Shown here piece after piece: positions 23,596 through 33,631 of a stretch of 64,000 bases of DNA. Position numbers and translations under genes: made by a program. Source of the stretch: Alphaproteobacteria bacterium (GTDB taxonomy: Bacteria; Pseudomonadota; Alphaproteobacteria; Bin95); assembly GCA_964291285.2 (NCBI GenBank), contig OZ219785.1:256001-320000 (forward strand), written 5' to 3'. Numbering within the stretch: position 1 is the first letter of the stretch; the number at the start of each line of letters is the position of its first letter. Below the pieces are notes generated by a model. That model was not told the DNA's origin, ran no database searches, and was given only the letters and a program-made list of their open reading frames with translations.

Positions 23596-26517
23596 TCAGG
23601 CCAGTTGTCGGCGAACCAGAGTCTGAAAGACGCCTTCAGTCGCCATCAGTTCCGCAAAGGATCCCTCCTGGACGACCTTGCCTGCCCGCATCACGTAGAT
23701 GCGATCCGCCTGACGCAGCGTGGAAAGGCGGTGCGCGATAACGATCCGTGTCGAGGTCATGGATGCGAGGTTCTGCATGACCGTGGCTTGGCTGTCGTTG
23801 TCGAGCCAGTTCGTCGCTTCATCAAGCAGAAGAATGCGGGGATTGCGAAGCAGCGCATGGGCGATCACGATGCGCTGGCTCTCGCCTCCCGAAGTGACGC
23901 CGGCGCTAGTGCCAACGCGCGTCAGCATGCCCATGGGCATCGCCGATATCGCGCGATCGACGGCCGCAAGCCGTGCGGCCCGCCACACATCCTCTTCGGT
24001 TGCATCCTCGTTATCGTCGACGATGTTGTCCCACACGTCCTCCGGATGGAGCCGCACATCCTGAGGTACCACGCCAATTCGCCGGCGCACCTGCTTGATG
24101 TTGAGGTGATTCAGGTCGCGACCATCGTAGTACACCGAGCCGGAAGACGGCCGGTCCAACCCAAGCGCGAGACGGAAAAGCGTGCTCTTGCCGGCTCCCG
24201 ATTCGCCGGCAATGGCTACGAACTCCCCGGGTCGGGCGTGGATCGACACGTCGTCGAGGATCATCGGGCCCTCCGGATCGTAGCGGAAGTTGACGTGGTC
24301 GAACACGATGTCGCCGCCCAAAGTCTCGACCATCTCTCCATCAACACTCGTCTCCGGGGGCTCCGCCAGGAGCGGCCGAACCTGATTCAGCGCCGGCATG
24401 ACGGCGGCCACGGCGCCGAAGGACGCGCCGAGGCGGGTCACCGCCGTCTGGAACACGAGGAACACCGTATAGACGACGAGAAAGTCCCCTACCTTGAGGG
24501 CCTCGCGGTCCGGCAGCGTCGCGGCGGCGAACAGCACGGCACCGGCGAGGAAAGGCAATGCGGCGCTGAGCGCCTGCAGACGATCTTCGATGGCGTCCCG
24601 TTTCAACTCGGCCTGTTTCTGCTCGCGATAGTCCCGTGCCCAGACCGCGAACGCCGACCCTTCCGCGCCCTCGACCCGCAATGCGGAAATCCCGTTGATG
24701 AGCTGGAACAGCCGACCGGCCAGGCGCCGCACGGCCCGGATCACTCTGCCATGGGGTGTTATCTGCCGCACGCCGAGCGCCACGGTCGCGACGAGCGAGA
24801 CGAGCCCGAAGGCGACGGTCACGCAACCCAACGTGACGTCGTAGAAGAAGATGAGGATGAAGGCAGGGGACAGGAAGACAATCGACAGCACGGCGTTGGC
24901 GACCACGCCCTGAACGGTATCGCGAAGAGTCTGGAACGTCATGCCCCTCATGGCGAGGTCGCCGGCCGGATAGCGTTGGAGGAAACTCGGAGGCAACCGG
25001 AGCAGACGATCCCAGAACGCAGCCTCGACCCGTGATGCAACGCGTCCTTCGAGGCGCATCAGCGCCATTCCCTGGAGGACGTGGAGCAGCGCCCCGAGCA
25101 GGGCGACCACGGCCAGCGTCGCGGTCGCCACATACAGCAGACCAGGCTCTCGACCAGCGATCACCTCGTCCGCGACGAAGCCCAGCATCAGCGCCGGCAG
25201 CAGCGTGACCAGACCGCCGAACAGCCCGGCCACGACGAAACGCGCGAGGTCGATGTTCAGTCCCGTTCCGGCGAGCCGCAGCAGAGCCCCCAGCCCTACA
25301 CCGGTGGACGGGAGTGGACGATAGAACAGCCATGCGTCGGTGCGGAGCGTTTCGGCGCGCCCGGCCGTAACCCTGATGCTGCGCCGCGCACCGGGATCCA
25401 CTTCCCGATAGCGCCCTGACATACCCGGCAACAACACCACGGACCGGCCGTCGTCCGCCCGGAACGCCAGCATCACGCCGGAGTTTCCGATCCACCACTT
25501 GTCGCGGCGGGCCAGCCGCACCCGGCGGGCGCGCACGCCGGAAGCATCCAGCACATTGCCGAGGATGGCCGAGGTATTGGAGGCTTCCATCCGGGCCGGC
25601 CACCTGAAGTCGATTCCTTCGTGACGACCGATGATCTCCAGTGCCTTGAGCAACGCCGTCTCGCCAGCGTCGGCATTTGCCTCTTCAGCGAGACCGTACA
25701 GGTCGAACAGGCGATGCCGGGCGCTGTCCTCGTCGATGCGGCGGCTGGTCGCCCGCGCCCGCTCCAGATTCGCCTCGTCGACGACCGCGAGGCTCCGGTT
25801 GAGGCGCTCCAGAGAGAACGCTGCGGCATGGAAATCCGCCAGGGCGGATAACAGACGGCCCTCCTCGGCGAGGGTGTCGGAGGACCGGGCGGAGAGCAGC
25901 ACCTCTTCCGTCAGTGATAGCCATGTCGCCGGCGTGAGCGGCACCGCGCCCGACCCGCCGCCGCCATCCGGCCCGCTCTCCACCGGATCGATCAGGCCCA
26001 GGAACAGGCCCGCGCCTTTCGCCACCGACACCCACTCCACGCCGCGCCGGGTACTGACCGTGCCGGCACTTGTCTTCGGGACCTCCCCGGCTTCGACCAG
26101 GACATCCGGGCGTGGCCGATAAGCGACATCCCGGGAGAGCATGGCGGAAACCGCCATGAGCCACGCATCGACATGCTCCGCCAGTTCCGCACTGCCGACC
26201 GCCGCCAGATCGTCAGCCGGGATGCGCCGCAGCACCGTACCCGGCAAGCCCTTGGCGACAAGGCTCAGAGTGGTGTGTTCCACCTGCGGTGCGACACCGG
26301 GCAAGAAGCGCCCGGAAGCGGCCCGAAGCAGGTGTTGCGGCACCGATTGCTCTACCCCGTCCCGGTGTTCCACCAGGAACAGGTCCACCGCGCCTTCGTC
26401 GACAAACCAGGCGAACTGCGGATCGCTCATGTCCAGCGGCAGGTTACCGGCGCAGGGCACGGGCACCCCCGCTTCAGCGGCAAGCTGGGCAAGCGGGCGG
26501 CGTTGCGGCAGCGCCAT
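23596..26517 (-). CDS. NHLM bacteriocin system ABC transporter, ATP-binding/permease (no peptidase)
   Basis: 973 aa; N-terminal extension, TM domain, GESGAGKST, SGGESQR, LLLDEAT. Confidence 0.9.
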   Translation of the reverse strand: MALPQRRPLAQLAAEAGVPVPCAGNLPLDMSDPQFAWFVDEGAVDLFLVEHRDGVEQSVPQHLLRAASGRFLPGVAPQVEHTTLSLVAKGLPGTVLRRIPADDLAAVGSAELAEHVDAWLMAVSAMLSRDVAYRPRPDVLVEAGEVPKTSAGTVSTRRGVEWVSVAKGAGLFLGLIDPVESGPDGGGGSGAVPLTPATWLSLTEEVLLSARSSDTLAEEGRLLSALADFHAAAFSLERLNRSLAVVDEANLERARATSRRIDEDSARHRLFDLYGLAEEANADAGETALLKALEIIGRHEGIDFRWPARMEASNTSAILGNVLDASGVRARRVRLARRDKWWIGNSGVMLAFRADDGRSVVLLPGMSGRYREVDPGARRSIRVTAGRAETLRTDAWLFYRPLPSTGVGLGALLRLAGTGLNIDLARFVVAGLFGGLVTLLPALMLGFVADEVIAGREPGLLYVATATLAVVALLGALLHVLQGMALMRLEGRVASRVEAAFWDRLLRLPPSFLQRYPAGDLAMRGMTFQTLRDTVQGVVANAVLSIVFLSPAFILIFFYDVTLGCVTVAFGLVSLVATVALGVRQITPHGRVIRAVRRLAGRLFQLINGISALRVEGAEGSAFAVWARDYREQKQAELKRDAIEDRLQALSAALPFLAGAVLFAAATLPDREALKVGDFLVVYTVFLVFQTAVTRLGASFGAVAAVMPALNQVRPLLAEPPETSVDGEMVETLGGDIVFDHVNFRYDPEGPMILDDVSIHARPGEFVAIAGESGAGKSTLFRLALGLDRPSSGSVYYDGRDLNHLNIKQVRRRIGVVPQDVRLHPEDVWDNIVDDNEDATEEDVWRAARLAAVDRAISAMPMGMLTRVGTSAGVTSGGESQRIVIAHALLRNPRILLLDEATNWLDNDSQATVMQNLASMTSTRIVIAHRLSTLRQADRIYVMRAGKVVQEGSFAELMATEGVFQTLVRRQLA

Positions 26518-26521
26518 TGGG

Positions 26522-28744
26522 CTAGCCCGCCTTGACGAGCCGGTAGTAGGCCCCGTCCTCGTCCGCCATCAACTCGTCGTGGGTGCCGCGCTGCGCCTCC
26601 GTGCCCTTCTCGAGCACGATGATCTGGTCGCAATCCCGGATCGTACTCAGCCGGTGCGCGACAATCAGGCAGCTCACCCCGCGGCGGCGCAGCGCGTCGT
26701 TCACTTCCTCTTCGGTGGCGGCGTCGAGAGCGCTCGTCGCCTCGTCAAGCACCAGCACCGTCGGGCTGCCTACCAACGCACGGGCGATTTCGAGCCGCTG
26801 CCGCTGGCCGCCGCTGAAGTTGCCCCCGTCCTCATCCACCAGCGTCGCATAGCCGAGCGGCCGGGCGAGGATCTCATCGTGGATGCAGGCGTCCCTGGCC
26901 GCCGCTGTCACGGCGTCGTCGGGAACGGAGTGATTCCACAGGGTGATGTTGTCGCGCACGGTCGCGGAGAAGAGGACAATGTGCTGTTCCACCGTCGAGA
27001 GCGAGCGCGACAGCACGTCGCCGGGAATCTCGTTTCGCGGACGTCCGTCGAACAGAATCTCGCCGGACCAGGGCTCGCAAACGCCGGAAACCAGGCGTGA
27101 CAAGGTGGATTTTCCGGACCCGCTCGGGCCGACCACCGCGATCCGCTGTCCCGGCTTGATCGTCAGATTGAAATCTTCGATCAGGGGCGGCCGGGCGCGA
27201 TTGTAGCCGAAGGTGACGTTGCGCAGTTCCACATGGCCGGCCAGTTGCAGCCGACCGTCCAACGTCGCGATGGCCTCCGACGACGGGGCCTCATCCGCCG
27301 CCTCTCCGTCTTCCGGCGCTTCCATGATGTCATCCAGGCGCTGCATGTCGGCCTCGAGCGCCTGCCGCTCATCGGCGAACTCGACGAAGCGTCCCACCGG
27401 TGCGAGGAACATGGCGGCCACGATGTAGAACCCCGCGAGCGCGCCGAGCGTCAACTCGCCGGCGATGACCTGGATTGCCCCGAAGGTCAGCACCACCGCG
27501 TTCCCGAGCACCATGAAAAAGCCCGGCAACGCTGAATTGACATGGCCGAGCTCAGCGACGCGCTGGCGTGCGACGAGCTCGCGAGCCTGATGGCCGCTCC
27601 ACCGGGAGAAAAAGCCATCGTCTGCGGCGGTCATGCGCCGGGTATCCGTGTGGTGCAGCATCAGCGTGCCGACACCCGCCAAGAGCCCCTGCTCGCGGCG
27701 CAAGATGTGGCTCCTGTCGGTCCGGAGGCGCGCGATGACGCGCACGAACGCCGCGTTCAGTACCGCCAAGCCAAGCACGATCAACGCCAGGACAGGCTCG
27801 TAGGCGAGCATCACCGCCAGAAACACCGCACTCATCACGAGCTCGGCCAGGAACGCGGGAAAATGCTCCGACATGCCTCTGGCGATCCTCTCGATGGAAA
27901 GGACGCGCGCGGTCAGTTCGCCGCCGAGCTGTTGACTGAAGAAATCCACCGGCATCCGCAGCAGTTGCGACATGCAACGGTTTCCCGCAATGACCGAAAC
28001 CCGTGCAGCCAGCCGCCGCAAGCAGCACTGCTTGAGCCTGGTGAGGCCATAGGCCAGAACGGCGGCCGCAGCCATGATGGCGGCCACGAACTCCCCCCAG
28101 GGCTCGTTCTCCAGCAGCACCCGATCCACGAAAACCGCGAGCAGTGCCGGGGTCACTAGGGCCAGCGCGGCCAGCATCAGCCCACAGGCGATCGTGTAGG
28201 TTAGAGCACCTTTGGCACCGCCGAGCCACTGCGGGATCCGTTTCAGGAAGTTGGGACGCGCACCGCCGCGTTCGAACGCCGGGCCGGGTGCGAATTCCAG
28301 TGCAATTCCTGTGAAGCCGATGCTGAATTCTTCGGTCGAGAGCGTACGGCGGCCCGAGGACGGGTCGTTGAGAAAGAACCGATGGCGGTCGAAGCCTTCC
28401 AGGATGAGGAAGTGGTTGAATTCCCAAAACAGAATGAGCGGTAGCGGCAGCTTTCTGAGCTGGTTCAGCTTCACGCTGCGGCCAGTGCATTCCAGACCGT
28501 AGTGTCTGGCGGCACGCGAGATGCCGGCGGCGCTGGAGCCGTCCCGGCTGACCTCGCATCTGACGCGCAACTCGTTGAGCGGTACCCATCGCCCGAAATA
28601 GGCGAGCACGCTACCAAGGCATACGGCGCCGCACTCGGTGGCGTGCATCTGCAGCAGGAGGGGCGTGGTGACCCGCTTCTTCACGAGCTCCGTTGGGGCT
28701 TCGTCGCGCGCTTCCACGGATGCGTTCCGGCCGCGCCCGAGCAT
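26522..28744 (-). CDS. NHLM bacteriocin system ABC transporter with C39 peptidase domain
   Basis: LQMHATECGAVCL, WEFNHF, LNDP (C39 Cys/His/Asp); GPSGSGKST, FSGGQRQR. Confidence 0.93.
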   Translation of the reverse strand: MLGRGRNASVEARDEAPTELVKKRVTTPLLLQMHATECGAVCLGSVLAYFGRWVPLNELRVRCEVSRDGSSAAGISRAARHYGLECTGRSVKLNQLRKLPLPLILFWEFNHFLILEGFDRHRFFLNDPSSGRRTLSTEEFSIGFTGIALEFAPGPAFERGGARPNFLKRIPQWLGGAKGALTYTIACGLMLAALALVTPALLAVFVDRVLLENEPWGEFVAAIMAAAAVLAYGLTRLKQCCLRRLAARVSVIAGNRCMSQLLRMPVDFFSQQLGGELTARVLSIERIARGMSEHFPAFLAELVMSAVFLAVMLAYEPVLALIVLGLAVLNAAFVRVIARLRTDRSHILRREQGLLAGVGTLMLHHTDTRRMTAADDGFFSRWSGHQARELVARQRVAELGHVNSALPGFFMVLGNAVVLTFGAIQVIAGELTLGALAGFYIVAAMFLAPVGRFVEFADERQALEADMQRLDDIMEAPEDGEAADEAPSSEAIATLDGRLQLAGHVELRNVTFGYNRARPPLIEDFNLTIKPGQRIAVVGPSGSGKSTLSRLVSGVCEPWSGEILFDGRPRNEIPGDVLSRSLSTVEQHIVLFSATVRDNITLWNHSVPDDAVTAAARDACIHDEILARPLGYATLVDEDGGNFSGGQRQRLEIARALVGSPTVLVLDEATSALDAATEEEVNDALRRRGVSCLIVAHRLSTIRDCDQIIVLEKGTEAQRGTHDELMADEDGAYYRLVKAG

Positions 28745-29635
28745 TCAGGATTGTCCGTGGACGAGAAGCGCTGCCGGCGTGCTCCGGCCAAGTTCGATCC
28801 GTACGCGGCAAGGGGCACCGTCGGGCACGGAGAGAGCTGGTTCGTGCGCAAGGACGACATCGATCCGGTGTCCTGATTCCGCGGTTGCGGGCAGCATCGC
28901 TGCCAACCAGTGGGGCAACGGCCCGGCGGCCACTAAAGCGACCTCGCCTTGCAGGTGCCGAATCGCACCGTCCGACATTGTGACCTCGACGGACGCCCCC
29001 ATGCCGGGCCGGATGCGTTGCGCCATGTCGGGAGCGGCGCGGAGCACCGCTTGCAGCGGACGATCGTCCGCCTCCCGGAGCAGAGCCACCGGCGCACCCG
29101 CCGGCAGATAGTCTCCCGCAGCGGCGTACAGGTTCACGACCTCGCCTCCGATCCGGCTGACGACCAACGCCCGCGCGGCACGACGGGCTTCCATCTGCAA
29201 CAAGGCGGCATGAGCCGAGGCCAGCAACGAACGCAATGCGTCGCCCCCTCCGCCGGCCTCCCGGATTTCCGCCTCCAGAAAGTCCACGCGCTCGCGCAGG
29301 ATCCCTATCTCCCGATCCAGTTGCGGCACGCTCTGCCGGGCGATCGGGTCACCGGCCGCGATGCGGCTTCCGGGAACGACCAGGAGCTCCACGAGGTGAC
29401 CGGATTCGGACGAAACCACGTTGTGGCGGGCGCCCGGCTCGATCAGGACCCCGTCGAAGGCGACGCTGCGAGCGATACTGCCGAACAGCGCCCATGCCAC
29501 AAACCCTGCCAAGACCAGGCCGATGCCGGCCAGTATGACGCGTTCGTGGGGCGCGGTTATCCGCAGCAGACGGTCGAGTTGCTGGCGCTCGTTCCTGCTG
29601 ACGGCGGCTTCCTCGCGAAACGGGTTGCTGAACAC
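28745..29635 (-). CDS. NHLM bacteriocin system secretion protein (HlyD-like)
   Basis: FREEA...QLDRLLRIT N-terminus, single TM, lipoyl-like motif; GTG start after GGAGAG. Confidence 0.85.
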   Translation of the reverse strand: MFSNPFREEAAVSRNERQQLDRLLRITAPHERVILAGIGLVLAGFVAWALFGSIARSVAFDGVLIEPGARHNVVSSESGHLVELLVVPGSRIAAGDPIARQSVPQLDREIGILRERVDFLEAEIREAGGGGDALRSLLASAHAALLQMEARRAARALVVSRIGGEVVNLYAAAGDYLPAGAPVALLREADDRPLQAVLRAAPDMAQRIRPGMGASVEVTMSDGAIRHLQGEVALVAAGPLPHWLAAMLPATAESGHRIDVVLAHEPALSVPDGAPCRVRIELGRSTPAALLVHGQS

Positions 29636-29944
29636 CGGCTATCGCTCTCCAATCGTCCGGTCGCGGCTATAGGCAAGGCGGCGCGATTGTGTGGCGGAGG
29701 CCGCGCCCTCGAAGCGAGGCGAGGTGCCGTGCATCGCCCACCCCTCGCGATGACCGGGATCGCTCCGCATGTAGGCCCAGGCACCGCATCCCGGTCCGTG
29801 GCTTTGCCGCGGCTCACCGTCCGCCGTCCCGGCAAGCGCCGCCTGGAGGCACGCTGCAGACGGCTTCACCACCACGCGTTCAGCCGGAGCCGGGTCACGT
29901 CGACCTCGATCTCCGCCGGGCTGTCGACCTTCCCCGAGCACGCA

Positions 29945-30241
29945 CTTGCAGCGGTCGGAGGCGACGCGGGGCCGGGAGCCGCCCCGGTTCGTGGCTCGTT
30001 GCCGAGATTGTCTGCGAATATGGGAACCTCACGCAGTTGCAACGCCAGCGGCGAAGCATCCGGTTCCGCCGCTTCAAGGAAGCCGCGCTGGCGCAGTATC
30101 CAGCACGACATGCACCGGCTGCCGACCCCGCAGCATTCCGTTTCGTCGAACCAGCAAGCCAATTCTGCTCGACTGTAGAACATCATGTGTAAAATGTACG
30201 TGTGAGCAATCGATTTTATGATGTCGTTTCAATAAAAATGA
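29945..30241 (-). repeat. 297-bp repeat, right copy (promoter/leader of right RiPP operon)
   Basis: Inverted near-identical copy of 15735-16031. Confidence 0.95.
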
Positions 30242-30259
30242 TCCGATCTTCCCTGCGGC

Positions 30260-30766
30260 ATGGCGCACCGCGGTCCCGCCGCCCGGACCCGGGTCCAGAA
30301 GCGATCCAGCCAACCGGAGGTTGGCGGCCGGTCCGTGTGCGCCGCCCCGAACACCCACCGGCCCTTGCGGTCCAGCGCATTCAGGATGTTGCGGGCGGGC
30401 GTGGACAGCCAGACGGTTTTCGATCCCGTCTTGCCGTCTCGGAGGAACAGATGGCCTTCCCGGCAGTCGCGCCATTGCAGGGTGAGGAGTTCGCCCTTGC
30501 GGCAGCCGGTCGGCAGAAGAAGCCGGATGACCGCGACCTGCCGCGGCCGCCGAGGCGCGCGCCTCGTCGATGCTCATGGCGCCGGCATCGCCGACAATCT
30601 TCCAGACACGCTCGCCGCGATGCTGGCACTGGATGAAGAACCGCTTCCTGCCGGTGGGCATCACCCGGACGCCGAAGCCCTTGAGTCTGGCGTCCCGGAT
30701 GTCGTAGGGTGACCTGCGAGGTTTGAGCGCCTCGATGCGGGCGGCGGTAAGGGTAACCTTGGGCAT
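30260..30766 (-). pseudogene. Degenerate tyrosine integrase
   Basis: Arm-binding N-terminus MPKVTLTAARIEALKP..YDIRDARLKGFGVRV joined out of frame to catalytic fragment IRLLLPTGCRKGELLTLQW..KTG; middle and C-terminus missing. Confidence 0.8.
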
Positions 30767-30942
30767 GTCGCTCTCCCGGTTCCAGTTGCTGACGGGGAAG
30801 CGCCAGTGGTGGCATTTGTTCCCCGGTTGCAGTTTTTCGGGAGAAAAAAGCGATGCCATATCAGATAGTTGGTACCACAAGGTGCGTATCCGGTGTCTTC
30901 TTCCGCAAAACCGACGACGATCAGGGAAAGGAACCCCATCCG

Positions 30943-31710
30943 ATGGACCTGCGACTGGCCGGGAAAACCGTGCTCATCACCGGCGCCTCGAAAGGCATCG
31001 GGCTTGCCTGCGCCGAACTCTTCGCGGAGGAAGGCTGCAACCTGCACCTGGTGGCGCGCACCGGGGCCGACCTCGAAGGCGCGCGCGACGCCATCCGCGG
31101 CCGGCACAATGTCGCCGTCACGATCCATCCGCTCGACCTTTCGGACGGCGGCAATGTCAAACGCCTGGTCGCCGAGACCGGCGGAAGCCTGGACATTGTC
31201 GTCAACAATGCGGGCGCCATTCCCGGCGGGCCGATCCACATGATCGACGAGGAGCGCTGGCGCGAGGCCTGGGACCTCAAGGTGTTCGGCTACATCAACA
31301 TGTGCCGTGAGTTCTACCCGGTCTTCAAGGAGAAGGGCGCGGGCGTCATCGTCAATGTCGTGGGCACCGGCGGCGAGCGGCCGAGCGCGGGCTATATCGC
31401 GGGCGCGGGCGGCAATGCCGGGTTGATCGCGTTCACCCGCGCGCTCGGCGGCAAGAGCCCCGATGACGGCTTCCGCATCGTCGGCGTCAATCCGGGCCCG
31501 ATCCTGACCGAGCGCCTCACCACCATCATGCGCGCCCAGGCGCTCGACCAATTGGGCGACGAGGAACGCTGGCAGGAATGCATGCCGACCAACCCGCCGC
31601 CCGGCGAGCCGGAGGACTGCGCCGACCTGGTGGTCTTCCTCGCATCCGACCGCGCGAAGCACATTTCGGGCACCGTCGTCACCATCGACGGCGGCGCCGT
31701 CTCCCGCTAG
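30943..31710 (+). CDS. Short-chain dehydrogenase/reductase
   Basis: TGASKGIG, VNNAG, VNPG, SGTVVTIDGG. Confidence 0.9.
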   Translation: MDLRLAGKTVLITGASKGIGLACAELFAEEGCNLHLVARTGADLEGARDAIRGRHNVAVTIHPLDLSDGGNVKRLVAETGGSLDIVVNNAGAIPGGPIHMIDEERWREAWDLKVFGYINMCREFYPVFKEKGAGVIVNVVGTGGERPSAGYIAGAGGNAGLIAFTRALGGKSPDDGFRIVGVNPGPILTERLTTIMRAQALDQLGDEERWQECMPTNPPPGEPEDCADLVVFLASDRAKHISGTVVTIDGGAVSR

Positions 31711-31725
31711 GAGCCCCGTGACGCC

Positions 31726-32340
31726 ATGAGCAGCAAACTAGAGTTCTTCTTCGACGTCTCCAGCCCGTGGACCTATCTGGCCTTCCACCGCATCGAGGAC
31801 TTCTGCGACGAGCTGGAGCTGGATCTTGTCTGGAAGCCGTTCCTGGTCGGCGGCGTCTTCAACAAGGTCAATCCCAGCGTCTATCAGCGCCGCGAGAATC
31901 CGGTCCCGCCCAAGGACGCCTACTACCGCAAGGACATGGACGACTGGGCCCGCTACGAGGGCATCGAGATCGGCAAGCCCTCGGTCTTCCCGGTCAACTC
32001 GGTGAAGGCGATGCGCGGCTGCTTCCACGCCATCGACGAAGGACGGGTGTCCGCCTTCGCGCGCGGCTGCTTCGAGGCCTATTGGCGCGACGACCGCGAT
32101 ATCGGCCAGGAGGACGTGCTGGCGGAAGTCGTGGAGTCCTCCGGACTCGACAAGCAGCGCTTCTTCGCCGCCATCGCCGATCCGGGGATCAAGCAGAAGC
32201 TGTTCGACACCACCGACGAGCTGATCGAGCGGGGCGGTTTCGGCTCGCCGACCTTCTTCCTCGACCGGGACGACATGTATTTCGGCAATGACCGCCTGGA
32301 GCTGGTCCGGGCGGCAGTGGAAAGGAAGCGCAATGGCTGA
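31726..32340 (+). CDS. 2-hydroxychromene-2-carboxylate isomerase / DsbA-like protein
   Basis: FFFDVSSPWTYL, FPVNS, GGFGSPTFF, FGNDRL. Confidence 0.88.
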   Translation: MSSKLEFFFDVSSPWTYLAFHRIEDFCDELELDLVWKPFLVGGVFNKVNPSVYQRRENPVPPKDAYYRKDMDDWARYEGIEIGKPSVFPVNSVKAMRGCFHAIDEGRVSAFARGCFEAYWRDDRDIGQEDVLAEVVESSGLDKQRFFAAIADPGIKQKLFDTTDELIERGGFGSPTFFLDRDDMYFGNDRLELVRAAVERKRNG

Positions 32341-33631
32341 ACCCGTGCTCACCGCCGAAGAATCGGCGCTGCGCGAGACCGCGCGCCGCGTGCTGCCGGC
32401 CGGCAGCTTCGGCAATGTGCCGTTCGAGACCGTCATCCGGTCCGGGCGCGGCAGCCATGTCTGGGACGTTTCGGGCAACGAATATATCGACTACCTGCTC
32501 GGCTCCGGGCCGATGCTGGCGGGGCACTGCCATCCCGAGGTGGTCGAGGCGGTGATGGAGCAGGTCGGCCGCGGCACGACCTTCTTCGCCAACAACGAGC
32601 ACGGCATCCGGCTTGCCGAGGCGGTGACCGAGCGCGTCGCCTGCGCCGAGAAGGTGCGCTTCGTCTCCAGCGGCACCGAGGCCACCTTCTACGCCATGCG
32701 GATCGCCCGCGCCTTCCGCGGCCGCGACAAGATCCTGAAGTTCGAGGGCGGCTTCCACGGCATGAACGACTATGCGCTCATGTCGATGGCGCCGAAGCGG
32801 CCCGGCAACTTTCCGCAGGCGGCCCCGGACAGCGCCGGCATTCCCGCCGCCGTCCGCGACGAGGTGCTGATCGCACCCTTCAACGACGCCGAAACGGCGG
32901 TGCAGTTGATCCGCGACCATGCCGACGAACTGGCTGCCGCCATCGTCGAGCCGTTCCAGCGGCTGATCCCGCCGAAGCCCGGCTTCCTGGAAGCGTTGCG
33001 CGAGGTGACGGAGGAAACCGGCGTCGTGCTGATCTTCGACGAGGTGGTGACCGGCTTCCGGTTCGCGCGCGGCGGCGCGCAGGAACGCTATGGCGTCACG
33101 CCCGACATGTGCTCGCTCGGCAAGGTGGTGGGCGGCGGCTATCCGCTCGCGGCCGTCGCCGGGCGCGACGACGTCATGGCGCATTTCGACGCCGGCCGCG
33201 TGGACGGAGACCGTTTCGCGCAGCAGATCGGCACGCTCAGCGGCAATCCGGTCGCCGCTGTCGCCGGCCTCAAGACGCTGGAGGTTCTGGGGCGGCCCGG
33301 TGTCTATGAGCGCCATGAGCAGATCGGCGAGGCCCTGATCGACGGTCTGAAGGCGCTGCTGGAGGAGAGCGGGCACGAGGGGCAGGTGCTCGGCTCGCCG
33401 CCCATGTTCGATGTCATCTTCGCCGGCGGCGAGGTCGCCGACTACCGCGCGACCATGCGCGGCGACGCGGCCAAGACCAGGGCCTTCAACGCCGGGCTGC
33501 GCGACCGGGGCGTCTTCAAGGGCGAGAGCAAATTCTATCTCTCGGTCGTTCATACCGACGAGGACATCGCGAACACGCTCGACGCCGCGCGCGAGTCGCT
33601 CAAGGAACTGTCCCGGCCTCCCGCGCCCTGA
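32333..33631 (+). CDS. Class III PLP aminotransferase (GSA aminomutase-like)
   Basis: [37 protein letters not shown]. Confidence 0.88.
   Translation: MAEPVLTAEESALRETARRVLPAGSFGNVPFETVIRSGRGSHVWDVSGNEYIDYLLGSGPMLAGHCHPEVVEAVMEQVGRGTTFFANNEHGIRLAEAVTERVACAEKVRFVSSGTEATFYAMRIARAFRGRDKILKFEGGFHGMNDYALMSMAPKRPGNFPQAAPDSAGIPAAVRDEVLIAPFNDAETAVQLIRDHADELAAAIVEPFQRLIPPKPGFLEALREVTEETGVVLIFDEVVTGFRFARGGAQERYGVTPDMCSLGKVVGGGYPLAAVAGRDDVMAHFDAGRVDGDRFAQQIGTLSGNPVAAVAGLKTLEVLGRPGVYERHEQIGEALIDGLKALLEESGHEGQVLGSPPMFDVIFAGGEVADYRATMRGDAAKTRAFNAGLRDRGVFKGESKFYLSVVHTDEDIANTLDAARESLKELSRPPAP

Noticed and set aside
15735-30241. 297-bp inverted repeats as composite transposon ends
   Set aside because: No transposase within the repeats and no flanking target duplication seen
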